A stretch of DNA of 64,000 bases, from contig CAZWKA010000002.1 of the NCBI GenBank assembly GCA_964634875.1, forward strand, positions 79,590 through 143,589, in the 5' to 3' direction. Source of the stretch: an uncultured Gammaproteobacteria bacterium (lineage in GTDB: Bacteria; Patescibacteriota; Patescibacteriia; Magasanikbacterales; GWA2-37-8). Under the pieces are notes generated by a model. It did not search any database. It saw only the letters and a list, made by a program, of their open reading frames with translations, and was not told the origin of the DNA. The translations under genes and the position numbers were made by a program. Shown here in pieces: positions 49,162-58,514 of this stretch. Position 1 is the stretch's first letter, and each line of letters opens with the position of its first letter.

Positions 49162-49860
49162 TTAAGATTCGGCAGCAATTTTTTCTTTTAACTCCTCAAC
49201 GATTTTTTGGTACCCATTGCTCGGTAAATTTTCAACTAATACCTCGTAGTCTTTAAGTGCCGCCCGGTTATCACCAACACGTCGCAAATAAGAGCCACGA
49301 GCCGCAACAAGAGCTATGGGATTAAATAATTTTTCAATACCTTGTTTAAAGACAGCGAGAATTTCCTCCTTGCTCTTATGCATTTTGTAATCGTACAAAG
49401 TTGCCAGACTAATATACCCACTTTCATCCCCGGGTGAAATAGCGATTACCTGACGGTAATCTTGTTCGGCTCGGGCATAATCCTCGACAATTTCAGCAAC
49501 CTTGCCGTGATTTAAATAGAACAAAATGTTCTTAGAACCAAACCGCTCAATGCCTTCGTTGTATATTTTTAACGACTGCTCGTAAAAATCCCTTTGCCGA
49601 CGCGGAGCGAGCTCACCCAGACTCTTCCAGTTTAAACCGAGCGCCAAGTAAGCCGAAACTTTTTCGGGGTCTTCTTTAATTACCTGCTCATCTTTTTTAA
49701 TCTGGTCAGTGATAGCTACCAGGTCAGGGCGATCTTTAACAGCGGCCATAAGGCCGTGTTTGCTTTGTCCAAATATACCTTGATACCAAAGCCCAAAAAT
49801 AACCACCCCTGCCACCACGACACCAAGTATTCCGAGAAAATAAAATTTTTTGTTATTCAT
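49162..49860 (-). CDS. TPR-repeat protein with N-terminal TM anchor
   Basis: N-terminal hydrophobic helix followed by TPR-like helical repeats. 232 aa. Confidence 0.5.
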   Translation of the reverse strand: MNNKKFYFLGILGVVVAGVVIFGLWYQGIFGQSKHGLMAAVKDRPDLVAITDQIKKDEQVIKEDPEKVSAYLALGLNWKSLGELAPRRQRDFYEQSLKIYNEGIERFGSKNILFYLNHGKVAEIVEDYARAEQDYRQVIAISPGDESGYISLATLYDYKMHKSKEEILAVFKQGIEKLFNPIALVAARGSYLRRVGDNRAALKDYEVLVENLPSNGYQKIVEELKEKIAAES

Positions 49861-49869
49861 AAAAAAGTA

Positions 49870-52137
49870 TTAACGCAAATTATTTTCTTTAATAAAGTCA
49901 TCGGCTTCTTCGCGCAGGCTCGGTTCAATGGCGACAGCCCGCTCGGCGTATTCAAGGGCTCCTTTTTTATTGCCCGCCAAGGCATAGAGAGCGGCTAAAC
50001 GTACATACCAATTTGGATTTTCAGGTTCGGCAGCAATGAATTCCTGATAGAGCTCTGCCGCAGCAGAGTACTCCTTGGCAACAGTGAAGATGTCAATGAC
50101 GTACATTTTTTGGTCAGGGGGCAAGTAAAGCCCTAACCTGCGGGCTTCTTGTATTTCTACAATAGCTTCAGCGTGCTTGTCGGCCGCCTGATAGGTAAGA
50201 CCCAAAAACCAATGGCTGGTTGGATTGCTGGGGTCAGCCGCAAGCGCTGCCTGCTGGACCTTGATTGCCTGGGCGAAATCTTTTTTCAAAAGATATAAAC
50301 GTCCCAGAAGGAATAAAATATCTTGTTTGCGCGGCGAAATTTCAACTGCCCGTTTGAGCTCGGTTTCGGCCTGGTCCAAATACTCAACTTTCCCCTCTGT
50401 ACCCAGCACCGAATATATCTGCCCAGCCCAAGCTGGGTAGGCGATCGTCAACGGGTGCGCCACTCCTTCATCATGAAGGACATTGGCCACGGCCACAGCA
50501 TCGTCTTCAGCCGCTTGGGCAATAGGAACTCCACTTTTATCCAAAAGAACAAAACGCTCCGCTAAAAACACCCCTGTTTCAGCACGAAAAGCTACGGGTA
50601 CAGCAAGTGCTGCCCGACTTTCACGCGCCCATTCGCTAGGCGTAAAAGTTTTTTGAGCGTTCTTGAGGTGATATGATGCCTTAAGGGGCAAAAGACTACC
50701 CTTGTAGAGCACAGAAACAAGCACCAATACGCCAAAACCTGCTGCTATTTTTTGGTACCACAGACCACGGGGCACCACAACACCTTCCCCTACCCTATTG
50801 CCGTCGACACCGCTGCTGATGGCTGCTAATAAAAAGAAAAATAAGAGGAGTGAGTTATTCGTTTCAAATAGAAATATTTGCTGCACACCATACGCCACCA
50901 ACACGCCTGTAAAAATGATCGAAGCAGCACGTGTCTGAATGCTTTTTTCTGAATCAGTAGCATCGCTAAAAATGAAGGATGGTTTTTTTAGTACATACCA
51001 AAGCGCAGCAGCGTAAATTCCAAGATACGCAGCCAAACCTACAATACCAGCACTACCCGCAATCTCCAAAAACCAGTTATGCGGTTTATCCCATACAGTT
51101 TCGCTGAAAGAGTGCTTTAAAAAACCTGGATTATAATACTTGCTAAACACGGCTTCGTAACTACCAATCCCCGACCCAAGTAGCGGATGCTCCTTAATAC
51201 CTTGCAAGGCTATCTGCCAAGCCCATAAACGTGTTTCACCTGTACCGGCAGTAAAATTACTAACATTAAAAAAATGACTAATCGATGGCAAATTAATAAT
51301 CATCCACGGCGTACGGGCAACTACTACAAGTACTGCACCCATAATAATTATACCCGAAAGACTCAATCCGGCAATTATTTTTGTTTTCTTTTTCGCCGCT
51401 AGCAACAGCGCCGCCACAACTGCCGCTATGATCCCAAATCCAAAACCAATTACTGACCCACGGGATTGGGTAAAGACAAGCGTTATACAGAGTGCTACCA
51501 CCCCCATTCCACACAGTGCGATTTTCCAAAAATTGGTCGCCTTGCCTTTCCAAGCAGTTACCCCGGCCAGGAGCGGGAGCGCGATGGCAGGCACAAGATA
51601 CATAGACAGGAAGTTAGGATTACCCAAAATTCCTTGTAAACGCTTTTCACCACCAAGACCCCAACCCGCAGGTAAACTCTTTTGAAAAAAAGCAGTCAAG
51701 ATAATTAAAAACAATACGACAATACTAATTAGTAATGCCCGTTTCCATTCTAAACTGGTCCATGTTTTTTTTAATAGAAAATACCATATTCCAAAATGAA
51801 TCCACGTTAAGGCTCCATTCGCGCGAGCCTGGTCACCCCAAAAACTGAGTGCAGGATTATTTCCTAAAAGTGAAGTTACTACCAGAAGTCCTATAAAAAG
51901 CACCACAGCCACATCGAGCTTGTTGTGCCACCATGGCATTTTTTTTAAGGATGTTTTATTTTCATCAATGAGTACTCCAACTAACACCAACGCCAAACAC
52001 AAACCAACCAAAATCTGAAAAATCATTGTTTTGCCAAAATGGGGGGCAAAGGCTGTAAAAGGAGTATAGAGGAGTGGTATCAAGAGTGTCAGGTACAGCA
52101 AATTTTTTCGTAGAAAATACAAATACTTCATAGTCAC
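49870..52137 (-). CDS. O-antigen ligase-like (Wzy_C) membrane domain fused to C-terminal TPR repeats
   Basis: 755 aa with a polytopic N-terminal region (FTQSRGSVIGFGFG) and C-terminal TPR repeats. It is a paralog-like copy of the 45875-47926 architecture. Confidence 0.6.
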   Translation of the reverse strand: MTMKYLYFLRKNLLYLTLLIPLLYTPFTAFAPHFGKTMIFQILVGLCLALVLVGVLIDENKTSLKKMPWWHNKLDVAVVLFIGLLVVTSLLGNNPALSFWGDQARANGALTWIHFGIWYFLLKKTWTSLEWKRALLISIVVLFLIILTAFFQKSLPAGWGLGGEKRLQGILGNPNFLSMYLVPAIALPLLAGVTAWKGKATNFWKIALCGMGVVALCITLVFTQSRGSVIGFGFGIIAAVVAALLLAAKKKTKIIAGLSLSGIIIMGAVLVVVARTPWMIINLPSISHFFNVSNFTAGTGETRLWAWQIALQGIKEHPLLGSGIGSYEAVFSKYYNPGFLKHSFSETVWDKPHNWFLEIAGSAGIVGLAAYLGIYAAALWYVLKKPSFIFSDATDSEKSIQTRAASIIFTGVLVAYGVQQIFLFETNNSLLLFFFLLAAISSGVDGNRVGEGVVVPRGLWYQKIAAGFGVLVLVSVLYKGSLLPLKASYHLKNAQKTFTPSEWARESRAALAVPVAFRAETGVFLAERFVLLDKSGVPIAQAAEDDAVAVANVLHDEGVAHPLTIAYPAWAGQIYSVLGTEGKVEYLDQAETELKRAVEISPRKQDILFLLGRLYLLKKDFAQAIKVQQAALAADPSNPTSHWFLGLTYQAADKHAEAIVEIQEARRLGLYLPPDQKMYVIDIFTVAKEYSAAAELYQEFIAAEPENPNWYVRLAALYALAGNKKGALEYAERAVAIEPSLREEADDFIKENNLR

Positions 52138-52186
52138 TCACGTATTATTTTACTTATATATCTTGCTTATTGTAACAATCTCAGTA

Positions 52187-52230
52187 TAAAAAAACAACCC
52201 CCCGAACAAGTTCGAGGGGTGTGTTTTTTG
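52187..52230 (-). terminator. Rho-independent terminator downstream of the giant surface protein gene
   Basis: A-run, an imperfect GC stem (cccccgaac/gttcgagggg) and a T-run (gtgttttttg) between 52187 and 52230. Confidence 0.5.
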
Positions 52231-52266
52231 GGTTATGAGCTACCCTAAAACTAAATCCTAAAGGCT

Positions 52267-55200
52267 TTAGTAGGTGAAGGTCTTGTATTGCAATGGCAAG
52301 TCAAGGCCCATAGCTGTTAAGCCAGTAGAGACGCCATCCGACCATACGATACCGCCGTTAGGAATGCGGATCGAAAGGGACTTGGATTGAGCAGCGTCGC
52401 TGGTGTCTAAGGTCACGAAGAAAGTCTTCGAGGAACCAGACGAGATGCTGACATCAGTGAAGTTAGCATCGACGATAGTTGTAGCGCCGCTGATGGTTGG
52501 CATACCAGAACCATTGCTGTTGAAGTTTGTCGTAGCCAAGGCAGTCGTGTTAAGAGAGTCTTTGTAGACAGTCAAAGCACGGGCAGTGTTAAGACCGCCA
52601 GCCTGTGAAATGGTAGAGGACAATTCAAAGTTAATATGGCTAATGGTAGCTGTGTAGTTCCCAGCGTTTGCTAAGTTCGTAACAACAAACTTGCCAATCG
52701 TTTGGGCTGCAGCAGGAGAACCGGCTCCGTTAGGGGAATCGGAAGACCAGGCAGTTGTCAACTTAGCGCGGTACAAGGTAGTTGTAGCAGCGTAAGCAAC
52801 GCGGTTGGTGTTGAACGAGCCAGTGTTAACCTGGAAGATCTTAGTGCCAGAGTCAATGACGTCTGGGGTAATGACCGTACCAGATGAACCACCTGTAGAA
52901 GTAATTGAGAGGCTGTCGCCACTGTAATACTTCGCGAGGGCAAGGTTAACAACCTGGCCGGTGGTGGTAAGACCACTGTCATCGTACGTAACGATATCAG
53001 CTACAACCTGGAGAACTTTGGAAGCGCCTTTCGGTACTTGGAAAGTAAGATTGCTGAAGGTAGCGTGTACGAGGGTGGAGGTAGCACTACTGCTGTCAAA
53101 GGAAGGTACTGTTGTACCAATCTGTTGACCATTGTCATTGTCGATAAGTTTGATGTTGCGGAGTGTACCGGTAGCACCAGAACTTACGCGATTGCTGACA
53201 ACTAACTGAGTGATGTTGATCGGCTCAGTTGAAGAAGCAGTGACATTAAATTTACCAAGTAACTGACCAGTAGCACCCATCAAGTAGTTGGTGGTAACTG
53301 GAGTATCGGAATCGATAGCTACAGTGTAAGCACCAGCTGTTGAGACGTAGTTGTTCTGGAGAGAAACGGTAGGAGTTGTGTAGCTGGCGCTGCTGCCGGT
53401 TTTAACACCAGTTGCAGTTACAGCACTAACCTTGATCAAGTTTGAGCCACCAGTGTAGGCAGCCTTGAGGTCAGCGTAGATACCAACAGCGTACTGAGAA
53501 CCGTTAACAACGCGGATAGCCGGGGAGATGTTAAAGGTGTAGGTGTTGGCAGGATTACAGGAAGTAGCCTGTGGATTTGGGTAGGTTTGACCAAGTTGTT
53601 TGCCAGCGGCATCCTTCAAGGTCAAATTTTGCATCGTAGCACCGATACAGACAGTAGCGGTCTCAGTCAAAGTGACTTGAGAAACGTCAACGTCTTCTCC
53701 AGCTCCAGCGGTAATGATGAAAGAACCAACTTTAGCTTGAGTAGCGTTTACTGTTCCGTTCGGGTTGGTAGATGATTTGTCACCAAAGGAAGTGTCCTTG
53801 GTAACACTAACCGTACCAGATTTTACCGTTACAGTGTTGGCATTCTGTTCAACAGTCGAAAGCGAGCTGAGGGAAATAACGCCCTGAGCATTGCTCGATC
53901 CATCGTCCAAACCAACAGTGATAGTGTCGTTAGCTGCAATCGTAGCGTCTGTGGTGTCTGCAGTTACAGTAACGGTCGCAGTGGTGCCAGCTTTAATGAT
54001 AAAGCTACTACCAAAGGTACCGAAACCAGTGTTGGCAACGCCATTACCAGTCAAGCTAGTGATAGTCGTACCAACCTGAGATCCGTCAACTAACAAACGA
54101 ACGTTTGATAATTTATCGGTGTTTACAGCGGTAATAGTAGAAGAAACGCTGAGGCTTGATACCTTAACATCTTCACCATTGGCTTTCCAAAGCCACTTAC
54201 CGAGGGTTACGTTAGTAGCCGCGTCAGCAATGTTGCCAGTTGGAGAGTCGGAAGCGAGAGTCTGAGTGAGCGATCCAGTGTTAACACTGTAGTTCACTGC
54301 AGTTCCTGCTGAGTTTGGTTCAATGATATTGAAGCTGTCAGTACCATTGGCTTTCAAGAAGACATTGTATCCACGGTCGTAGACAACGATGTCAGAAGAG
54401 TTCTGCAAGGTAGCGCGGAATTGGCGGTTAGTACCGGCAACAACGTCAGCCTTGAGGCTCAAAATCTTGGTTTGTCCTTTGGTAATAACATATGGAGCTG
54501 CTGACCAGTCGAACCAGACAGTTTTGTCTGAGCTCATGTCAGCAACGGTTGAACCGATCTGGGTTGCACCGTCCCAAAGAGAGAAATTCTTGAGGTCACC
54601 AACGTTGACTGAGCCAACGATCGTGAAGTTCAATTTGCGAATTTCAGTATCCTGAGCAGTGTTTTGAACCTGGATTCTCCAGATTTCGTATCCAGTTGTA
54701 CCAGGATCTACCGTTGCGTTAGCAGATGGAGCAGAGCTGGTGAAAGCAAGTTTACCAAGATCCGTTACCGAAGCTGTAGTAAACATGTTGCTGGACAATG
54801 GGAAGCTTCCACTTACAGTACCAGAGGTAGTGATAATGGAAGAAGCAGCCTGGACAGAGAATCCAATCGTCTTACCAGAGGTAACGGCGGTTTTGAGATC
54901 CATCTTGACCCATACTGGCTTAACAGTTCCGCGGCTTACGGTGAAAAGACCGGAAGAGTTGGAGAAAGTTACTAAACCATTGGAAATGCTTGGATTTGAT
55001 CCAACTTTAACACCCATGTCATCGTAGAGGTACAAGTTGCTGATATCGGTATCAGCAGAAATACCTGTTCTCTTCAATTGAACAGAGGTAACTTTTACAT
55101 CTCCATCGTTACCGGCGGAGAAGTTCAATTTTAAGACTGGGATTTGTCCCTGAGCACCATTGGTGGTATCAGAAACGATCGTGGTAGCAAAAGGGTTGTC

Positions 55201-55992
55201 ACTCGCAAGTGAAACACTAAGGCTTCCATTTTGAGTTGGGCTTGGGTTGCCAACTACACCACCGCTCTGAGTCTTGTCCGTGAGGGCTTTGACTTCAGCA
55301 GTGATAGCTACGTCGGTCATCAAACCAGCAACCGCACTGTCTGAGACAGCGTGGACAAACTTAGTCTGGAAACCGTTAGCTGTCATACCAGTGGAAGTTA
55401 CTTCTTGCAACTTACCATCTTTGTTGACATACCAAGTTTTGCCGCCGTTTGAGACGAGCATACCTGGGTGTACTTTAGCTTCAGTTACGTCTGCACCGCG
55501 CTGGGTGTAATGTGGCCAGAAAGCATCGTCAACGACCATAACTTTGTAGTTAGTGCCGTAGAGAGCTTTGGCTGCATCAGCCGTAATTTTTGACAAGGTG
55601 TTGCCCGGTAATACAACGTAGAGTTGGTCGGAAGAAGGGCGCTTCACGACATAGGAACCTGGTTGGTAGTTAACTGCACCAGGGTAGGTACTAGGTACCG
55701 ACAAAGAGTCGAAACAAGCCTGATCGATAGAAACATATCCACCGTAGGTTGGTCTCCAGCTCTTGAAAACGTCACCATTTGGGAAGTAAAGGACTTTGAG
55801 GTCGTTGTTAACAGCGTAAATAGCTGGTTTGCCAGTTACTTTAAGCATGTCGCCAGCGTTCAATGTAGGACATACAGCTGCCTGAGCGGCGAGCGGTAAA
55901 AGCGCAGCATTGAGACCGGAGAAGACTACGGTAACAGCAACGGAAACGACGACGTTCACAATCTTTCTTCCGAGTTTTTTTACATCGTTCAT
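52267..55992 (-). CDS. Giant secreted/surface protein, Ser/Thr/Gly/Asn/Val-rich with repeated beta-rich (Ig-like) modules
   Basis: 1241 aa. N-terminal signal or anchor sequence (VVVSVAVTVVFSGLNAALLPLAAQAAV). The remainder is low-complexity Ser/Thr-rich repeats of about 100-130 aa. No enzymatic motifs. Confidence 0.6.
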   Translation of the reverse strand: MNDVKKLGRKIVNVVVSVAVTVVFSGLNAALLPLAAQAAVCPTLNAGDMLKVTGKPAIYAVNNDLKVLYFPNGDVFKSWRPTYGGYVSIDQACFDSLSVPSTYPGAVNYQPGSYVVKRPSSDQLYVVLPGNTLSKITADAAKALYGTNYKVMVVDDAFWPHYTQRGADVTEAKVHPGMLVSNGGKTWYVNKDGKLQEVTSTGMTANGFQTKFVHAVSDSAVAGLMTDVAITAEVKALTDKTQSGGVVGNPSPTQNGSLSVSLASDNPFATTIVSDTTNGAQGQIPVLKLNFSAGNDGDVKVTSVQLKRTGISADTDISNLYLYDDMGVKVGSNPSISNGLVTFSNSSGLFTVSRGTVKPVWVKMDLKTAVTSGKTIGFSVQAASSIITTSGTVSGSFPLSSNMFTTASVTDLGKLAFTSSAPSANATVDPGTTGYEIWRIQVQNTAQDTEIRKLNFTIVGSVNVGDLKNFSLWDGATQIGSTVADMSSDKTVWFDWSAAPYVITKGQTKILSLKADVVAGTNRQFRATLQNSSDIVVYDRGYNVFLKANGTDSFNIIEPNSAGTAVNYSVNTGSLTQTLASDSPTGNIADAATNVTLGKWLWKANGEDVKVSSLSVSSTITAVNTDKLSNVRLLVDGSQVGTTITSLTGNGVANTGFGTFGSSFIIKAGTTATVTVTADTTDATIAANDTITVGLDDGSSNAQGVISLSSLSTVEQNANTVTVKSGTVSVTKDTSFGDKSSTNPNGTVNATQAKVGSFIITAGAGEDVDVSQVTLTETATVCIGATMQNLTLKDAAGKQLGQTYPNPQATSCNPANTYTFNISPAIRVVNGSQYAVGIYADLKAAYTGGSNLIKVSAVTATGVKTGSSASYTTPTVSLQNNYVSTAGAYTVAIDSDTPVTTNYLMGATGQLLGKFNVTASSTEPINITQLVVSNRVSSGATGTLRNIKLIDNDNGQQIGTTVPSFDSSSATSTLVHATFSNLTFQVPKGASKVLQVVADIVTYDDSGLTTTGQVVNLALAKYYSGDSLSITSTGGSSGTVITPDVIDSGTKIFQVNTGSFNTNRVAYAATTTLYRAKLTTAWSSDSPNGAGSPAAAQTIGKFVVTNLANAGNYTATISHINFELSSTISQAGGLNTARALTVYKDSLNTTALATTNFNSNGSGMPTISGATTIVDANFTDVSISSGSSKTFFVTLDTSDAAQSKSLSIRIPNGGIVWSDGVSTGLTAMGLDLPLQYKTFTY

Positions 55993-56021
55993 AATAAATA
56001 ATTTAATTCCTTACCCACCTG

Positions 56022-56047
56022 CGCCCCGCCTAAACGGAGTCAGATGA
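56022..56047 (-). promoter_or_regulatory. Possible ECF-type promoter (GAAC-N17-CGTT) upstream of the giant surface protein gene
   Basis: The minus-strand sense reads GAGAACC-ttagttcatctgactc-CGTTTA, about 30-55 nt upstream of the ATG at 55992. It resembles AAC/CGT ECF consensus elements. Confidence 0.25.
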
Positions 56048-56159
56048 ACTAAGGTTCTCCCGATACACACACCACTGCGGTGAACATAGAGCGGGATACA
56101 ATGATCAGGCAAGCCCGTATGGGCTTTCGACCTAGGCACTGACCTTTTTCAAAACTAAT

Positions 56160-56214
56160 TCTCTCCCCCATTCTTTTTACCAAAGCGTATCTTGGTAAAA
56201 AGTAGGGAGAGAGT
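56160..56214 (-). terminator. Long imperfect hairpin directly after the anti-sigma stop codon (putative terminator or attenuator)
   Basis: Outer stem tctctccc/gggagaga and inner stem ctttttaccaa/ttggtaaaaag (11 bp) with an 8-nt loop. It separates the sigma/anti-sigma operon from the surface protein gene. Confidence 0.45.
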
Positions 56215-56219
56215 AATTT

Positions 56220-57563
56220 TTATTTTAACGAACTTGAGCTTGCTGTACTGGTTATCACTGCAGCCGTCCCTGAAACCATTACGACAATTGGTTTTTGATC
56301 CGGGGTTGTTGTTACAACTACCATCACTGTTCCGGTTGAGGCAGAGAGTGATGCGTCGTTTTGATCCTTAATGACCTGAACTATTGGTAACACTGTTTTT
56401 ACTTTAGCTAGTGTTGTGTCGGAAATTTTTTCTGCTGCTTTGCTAGCTTCAGTCACCTGTTTTATAGCTTCTACCGCTCGAGTAAGGTCGCCGGTTGCAA
56501 TCAGGGCTTTCGCTTCGGTAATTGTCTTGTCTACCTGGAGGGAAACAGCATCGGTCTTAAACGCTGCGTCTTTTGTTTCAGCAGCGACACTAGAGATGGT
56601 TTCATTAAAGCCTTTGGTAGAGGTGGCCAGAGCTCCGGCTGTTTTACTGTTAACGCCAGTGGTTAAATCTTTCACTTCATTCTTTACTACTTCGACAATA
56701 TTCTTTACACCATCGACATGACCTTTAGAGCCACCAATATCGCTGGCAGCAGTATCAAGTGCACTCGTTATAATACCGTTAACCGCTTCTTTAGAGATGC
56801 TGTGATCATCGGCCAAATGTTTGGCAATAACTACTTCAATCGTTTTTACTCCAGTATCTTTGGCGAGATCCTTAGCAACACTTACTTCTTTTGACAGGTC
56901 ACTGTCAGCAGTTGTCGCGCTCGTCTGCAAATTATCTTTTACTTCCTGGAGGGCGACTTTGATGTTGTCAGTATTTTCTTGGATCGTAGTAACCACTTGT
57001 GGCAAGAGCGTTTGAGTGGAAGAGTTTTTGATGCTTTCTAAATTCTTATTAACATTTTCAAGTTCATTTTTAAGGTCGGAGACTGTTTCAGCAATATGAA
57101 ATTTCTTGTCTGGATTGTTAACAATCTGCTTGGCTTCCTCTGCGCGGCGACCTGCCAATTCAAGACTAAATTTTGCTTGGTCATTGGAAGTGCCGACCAA
57201 GGCAACGCGTGTTTTTTCTACCGCCTCAAAAGCACGCTTGACCGGATAGAGCACCTGGTCCCCAGGAAGCGCGTCGTTTGAAGCGTTGGCGCTAAAGGCA
57301 TAACTGCTGGTCGCGAGCACTGCCACCATAACAACCCCCACTACCGGACGGACAAAGTTATAAACAAAGGCACGGGGGAAAAAAATAGACAAAGCCGACC
57401 ATACCCGTTCAAGCCTGACAGCCGCAGTGGTTTCCCCGGAGTTCGATACGGTATTTTTTACCTGAGACAAAAGAAGCGCGCGGTTATTCTTTACCCATTC
57501 CTCGCGCGGATTGATATCGGCATGCCGGATCTTTTTAAGTTGTCGGATCAATTCAGTTTCCAT
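56220..57563 (-). CDS. Putative anti-sigma factor (single-pass; cytoplasmic N-domain, extracytoplasmic coiled-coil domain)
   Basis: Immediately downstream of, and 6 bp from, an ECF sigma gene. It has one TM helix (VVGVVMVAVLATSSYAF) and a long Lys/Glu/Ala/Thr-rich extracytoplasmic region. Confidence 0.5.
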   Translation of the reverse strand: METELIRQLKKIRHADINPREEWVKNNRALLLSQVKNTVSNSGETTAAVRLERVWSALSIFFPRAFVYNFVRPVVGVVMVAVLATSSYAFSANASNDALPGDQVLYPVKRAFEAVEKTRVALVGTSNDQAKFSLELAGRRAEEAKQIVNNPDKKFHIAETVSDLKNELENVNKNLESIKNSSTQTLLPQVVTTIQENTDNIKVALQEVKDNLQTSATTADSDLSKEVSVAKDLAKDTGVKTIEVVIAKHLADDHSISKEAVNGIITSALDTAASDIGGSKGHVDGVKNIVEVVKNEVKDLTTGVNSKTAGALATSTKGFNETISSVAAETKDAAFKTDAVSLQVDKTITEAKALIATGDLTRAVEAIKQVTEASKAAEKISDTTLAKVKTVLPIVQVIKDQNDASLSASTGTVMVVVTTTPDQKPIVVMVSGTAAVITSTASSSSLK

Positions 57564-57569
57564 ACCTTA

Positions 57570-58151
57570 TTATTGTTTGGCAATTTCTTTTAATTTTTTG
57601 AGGGCGCGGTGAAGCGTTACACGGACGGCGATCGCACCTTTGCCGGTGATCTCTCCAATTTCATCCATTTCAAGTTCATCAACAAACCGCAGTATTATTA
57701 TTTCTTGATATTCTTGTTTCAATTTTTTAAGTGCCTGGACCAGTTTTTCATTTTCAATCTTAATCTCTAATTTTTCGTGCCACGCCCCCCTATCACCAAC
57801 TTCCGTTTCTTCGTTGAGGAGCAAGGGTTCTTTGGCCCGGCTGCGATACAAGTCTATAATTGATGTCCGGGCAACGCGGTACAAAAGTCCGCTAAAACTT
57901 TTTACTTCCTTATTTTCGCGGAGATAATTCCAGGTTTTAAGGAACACATCAGCGGTAACATCTTCGGCTTCTTCTCTTGAGCTAACTTTAAAATAAACAA
58001 AACGGTAGATTTGTTTAACATAAACATCGTACAACTGGCCAAAAGCTTCTGGGTCTTGTTTGGCCTGGATACGATACAGTAGCAGCTTTTCAGAGATCTT
58101 GTTCATTAATGAAGACGCCAAAAATAAAAAAATGTTACACTTCAGAAACAT
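57570..58151 (-). CDS. RNA polymerase sigma-70 family ECF sigma factor
   Basis: Region 2 (VTADVFLKTWNYL) and region 4 HTH (ILRFVDELEMDEIGEITGKGAIAVRVTLHRALKKL). Real start probably at MNKISEKL. Confidence 0.8.
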   Translation of the reverse strand: MFLKCNIFLFLASSLMNKISEKLLLYRIQAKQDPEAFGQLYDVYVKQIYRFVYFKVSSREEAEDVTADVFLKTWNYLRENKEVKSFSGLLYRVARTSIIDLYRSRAKEPLLLNEETEVGDRGAWHEKLEIKIENEKLVQALKKLKQEYQEIIILRFVDELEMDEIGEITGKGAIAVRVTLHRALKKLKEIAKQ

Positions 58152-58352
58152 TCTCTCACGAACTTCTATATTCTATAGCTGTAATAAGCATTTTTGAACT
58201 TCCTTAAGCACCTCTGGGGCTTCTTAAACTACTCCTTAAAATACCAAAAAAACGCCTTAACGTCAAATAATACCCCCCTTTTTAAAACCCTCAAGATCAT
58301 TGCTTCTGTAACGCGCTTCTTAGGACGCCGGTCAAGAAAGCTTTTCTTTTTA

Positions 58353-58382
58353 TTATTTGTATATACTATCCTATACAAATAA
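58353..58382. promoter_or_regulatory. Operator-like inverted repeat TTATTTGTATA-N8-TATACAAATAA
   Basis: Perfect 11-bp arms (58353-58363 and 58372-58382). It lies in the divergent region between the ECF sigma gene and the Xis-HTH gene. Confidence 0.5.
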
Positions 58383-58426
58383 TAATTTTTGAACGTAGGG
58401 CTAAAATAAGGTCATTTTTTGATTAT

Positions 58427-58448
58427 TTGTATACACAAGTGTATACAA
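58427..58448. promoter_or_regulatory. Second operator-like inverted repeat TTGTATACA-CAAG-TGTATACAA sharing the TTTGTATA half-site
   Basis: Perfect 9-bp arms with a 4-bp spacer. The upstream direct repeat TTATTTGTATA is shared with the first palindrome. Confidence 0.5.
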
Positions 58449-58485
58449 TCATAACAAAATACAGCACTCTTTTTAGGCCTAAGTA

Positions 58486-58514
58486 TTGACAAAACAATCA
58501 AAATATGGTACCAT
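58486..58514 (+). promoter_or_regulatory. Sigma70-like promoter (TTGACA-N17-TACCAT) for the Xis-family HTH gene
   Basis: TTGACA at 58486-58491 and TACCAT at 58509-58514. A third TATACAAA half-site lies in the leader at about 58529-58536. Confidence 0.45.

Noticed and set aside
52267-55992. N-glycosylation implied by about two dozen N-x-S/T sequons in the surface protein
   Set aside because: The protein is about 25-30% Ser/Thr, so this sequon count is roughly what chance predicts. No STT3/PglB-type oligosaccharyltransferase is present. O-linked modification by PMT-like GT-Cs is the better-supported hypothesis.
56022-56047. Treating the GAAC-N17-CGTT element as a firm ECF promoter
   Set aside because: It is kept only as a low-confidence feature. 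The match to ECF consensus is partial, and the spacing to the ATG leaves an unusually weak ribosome-binding site.
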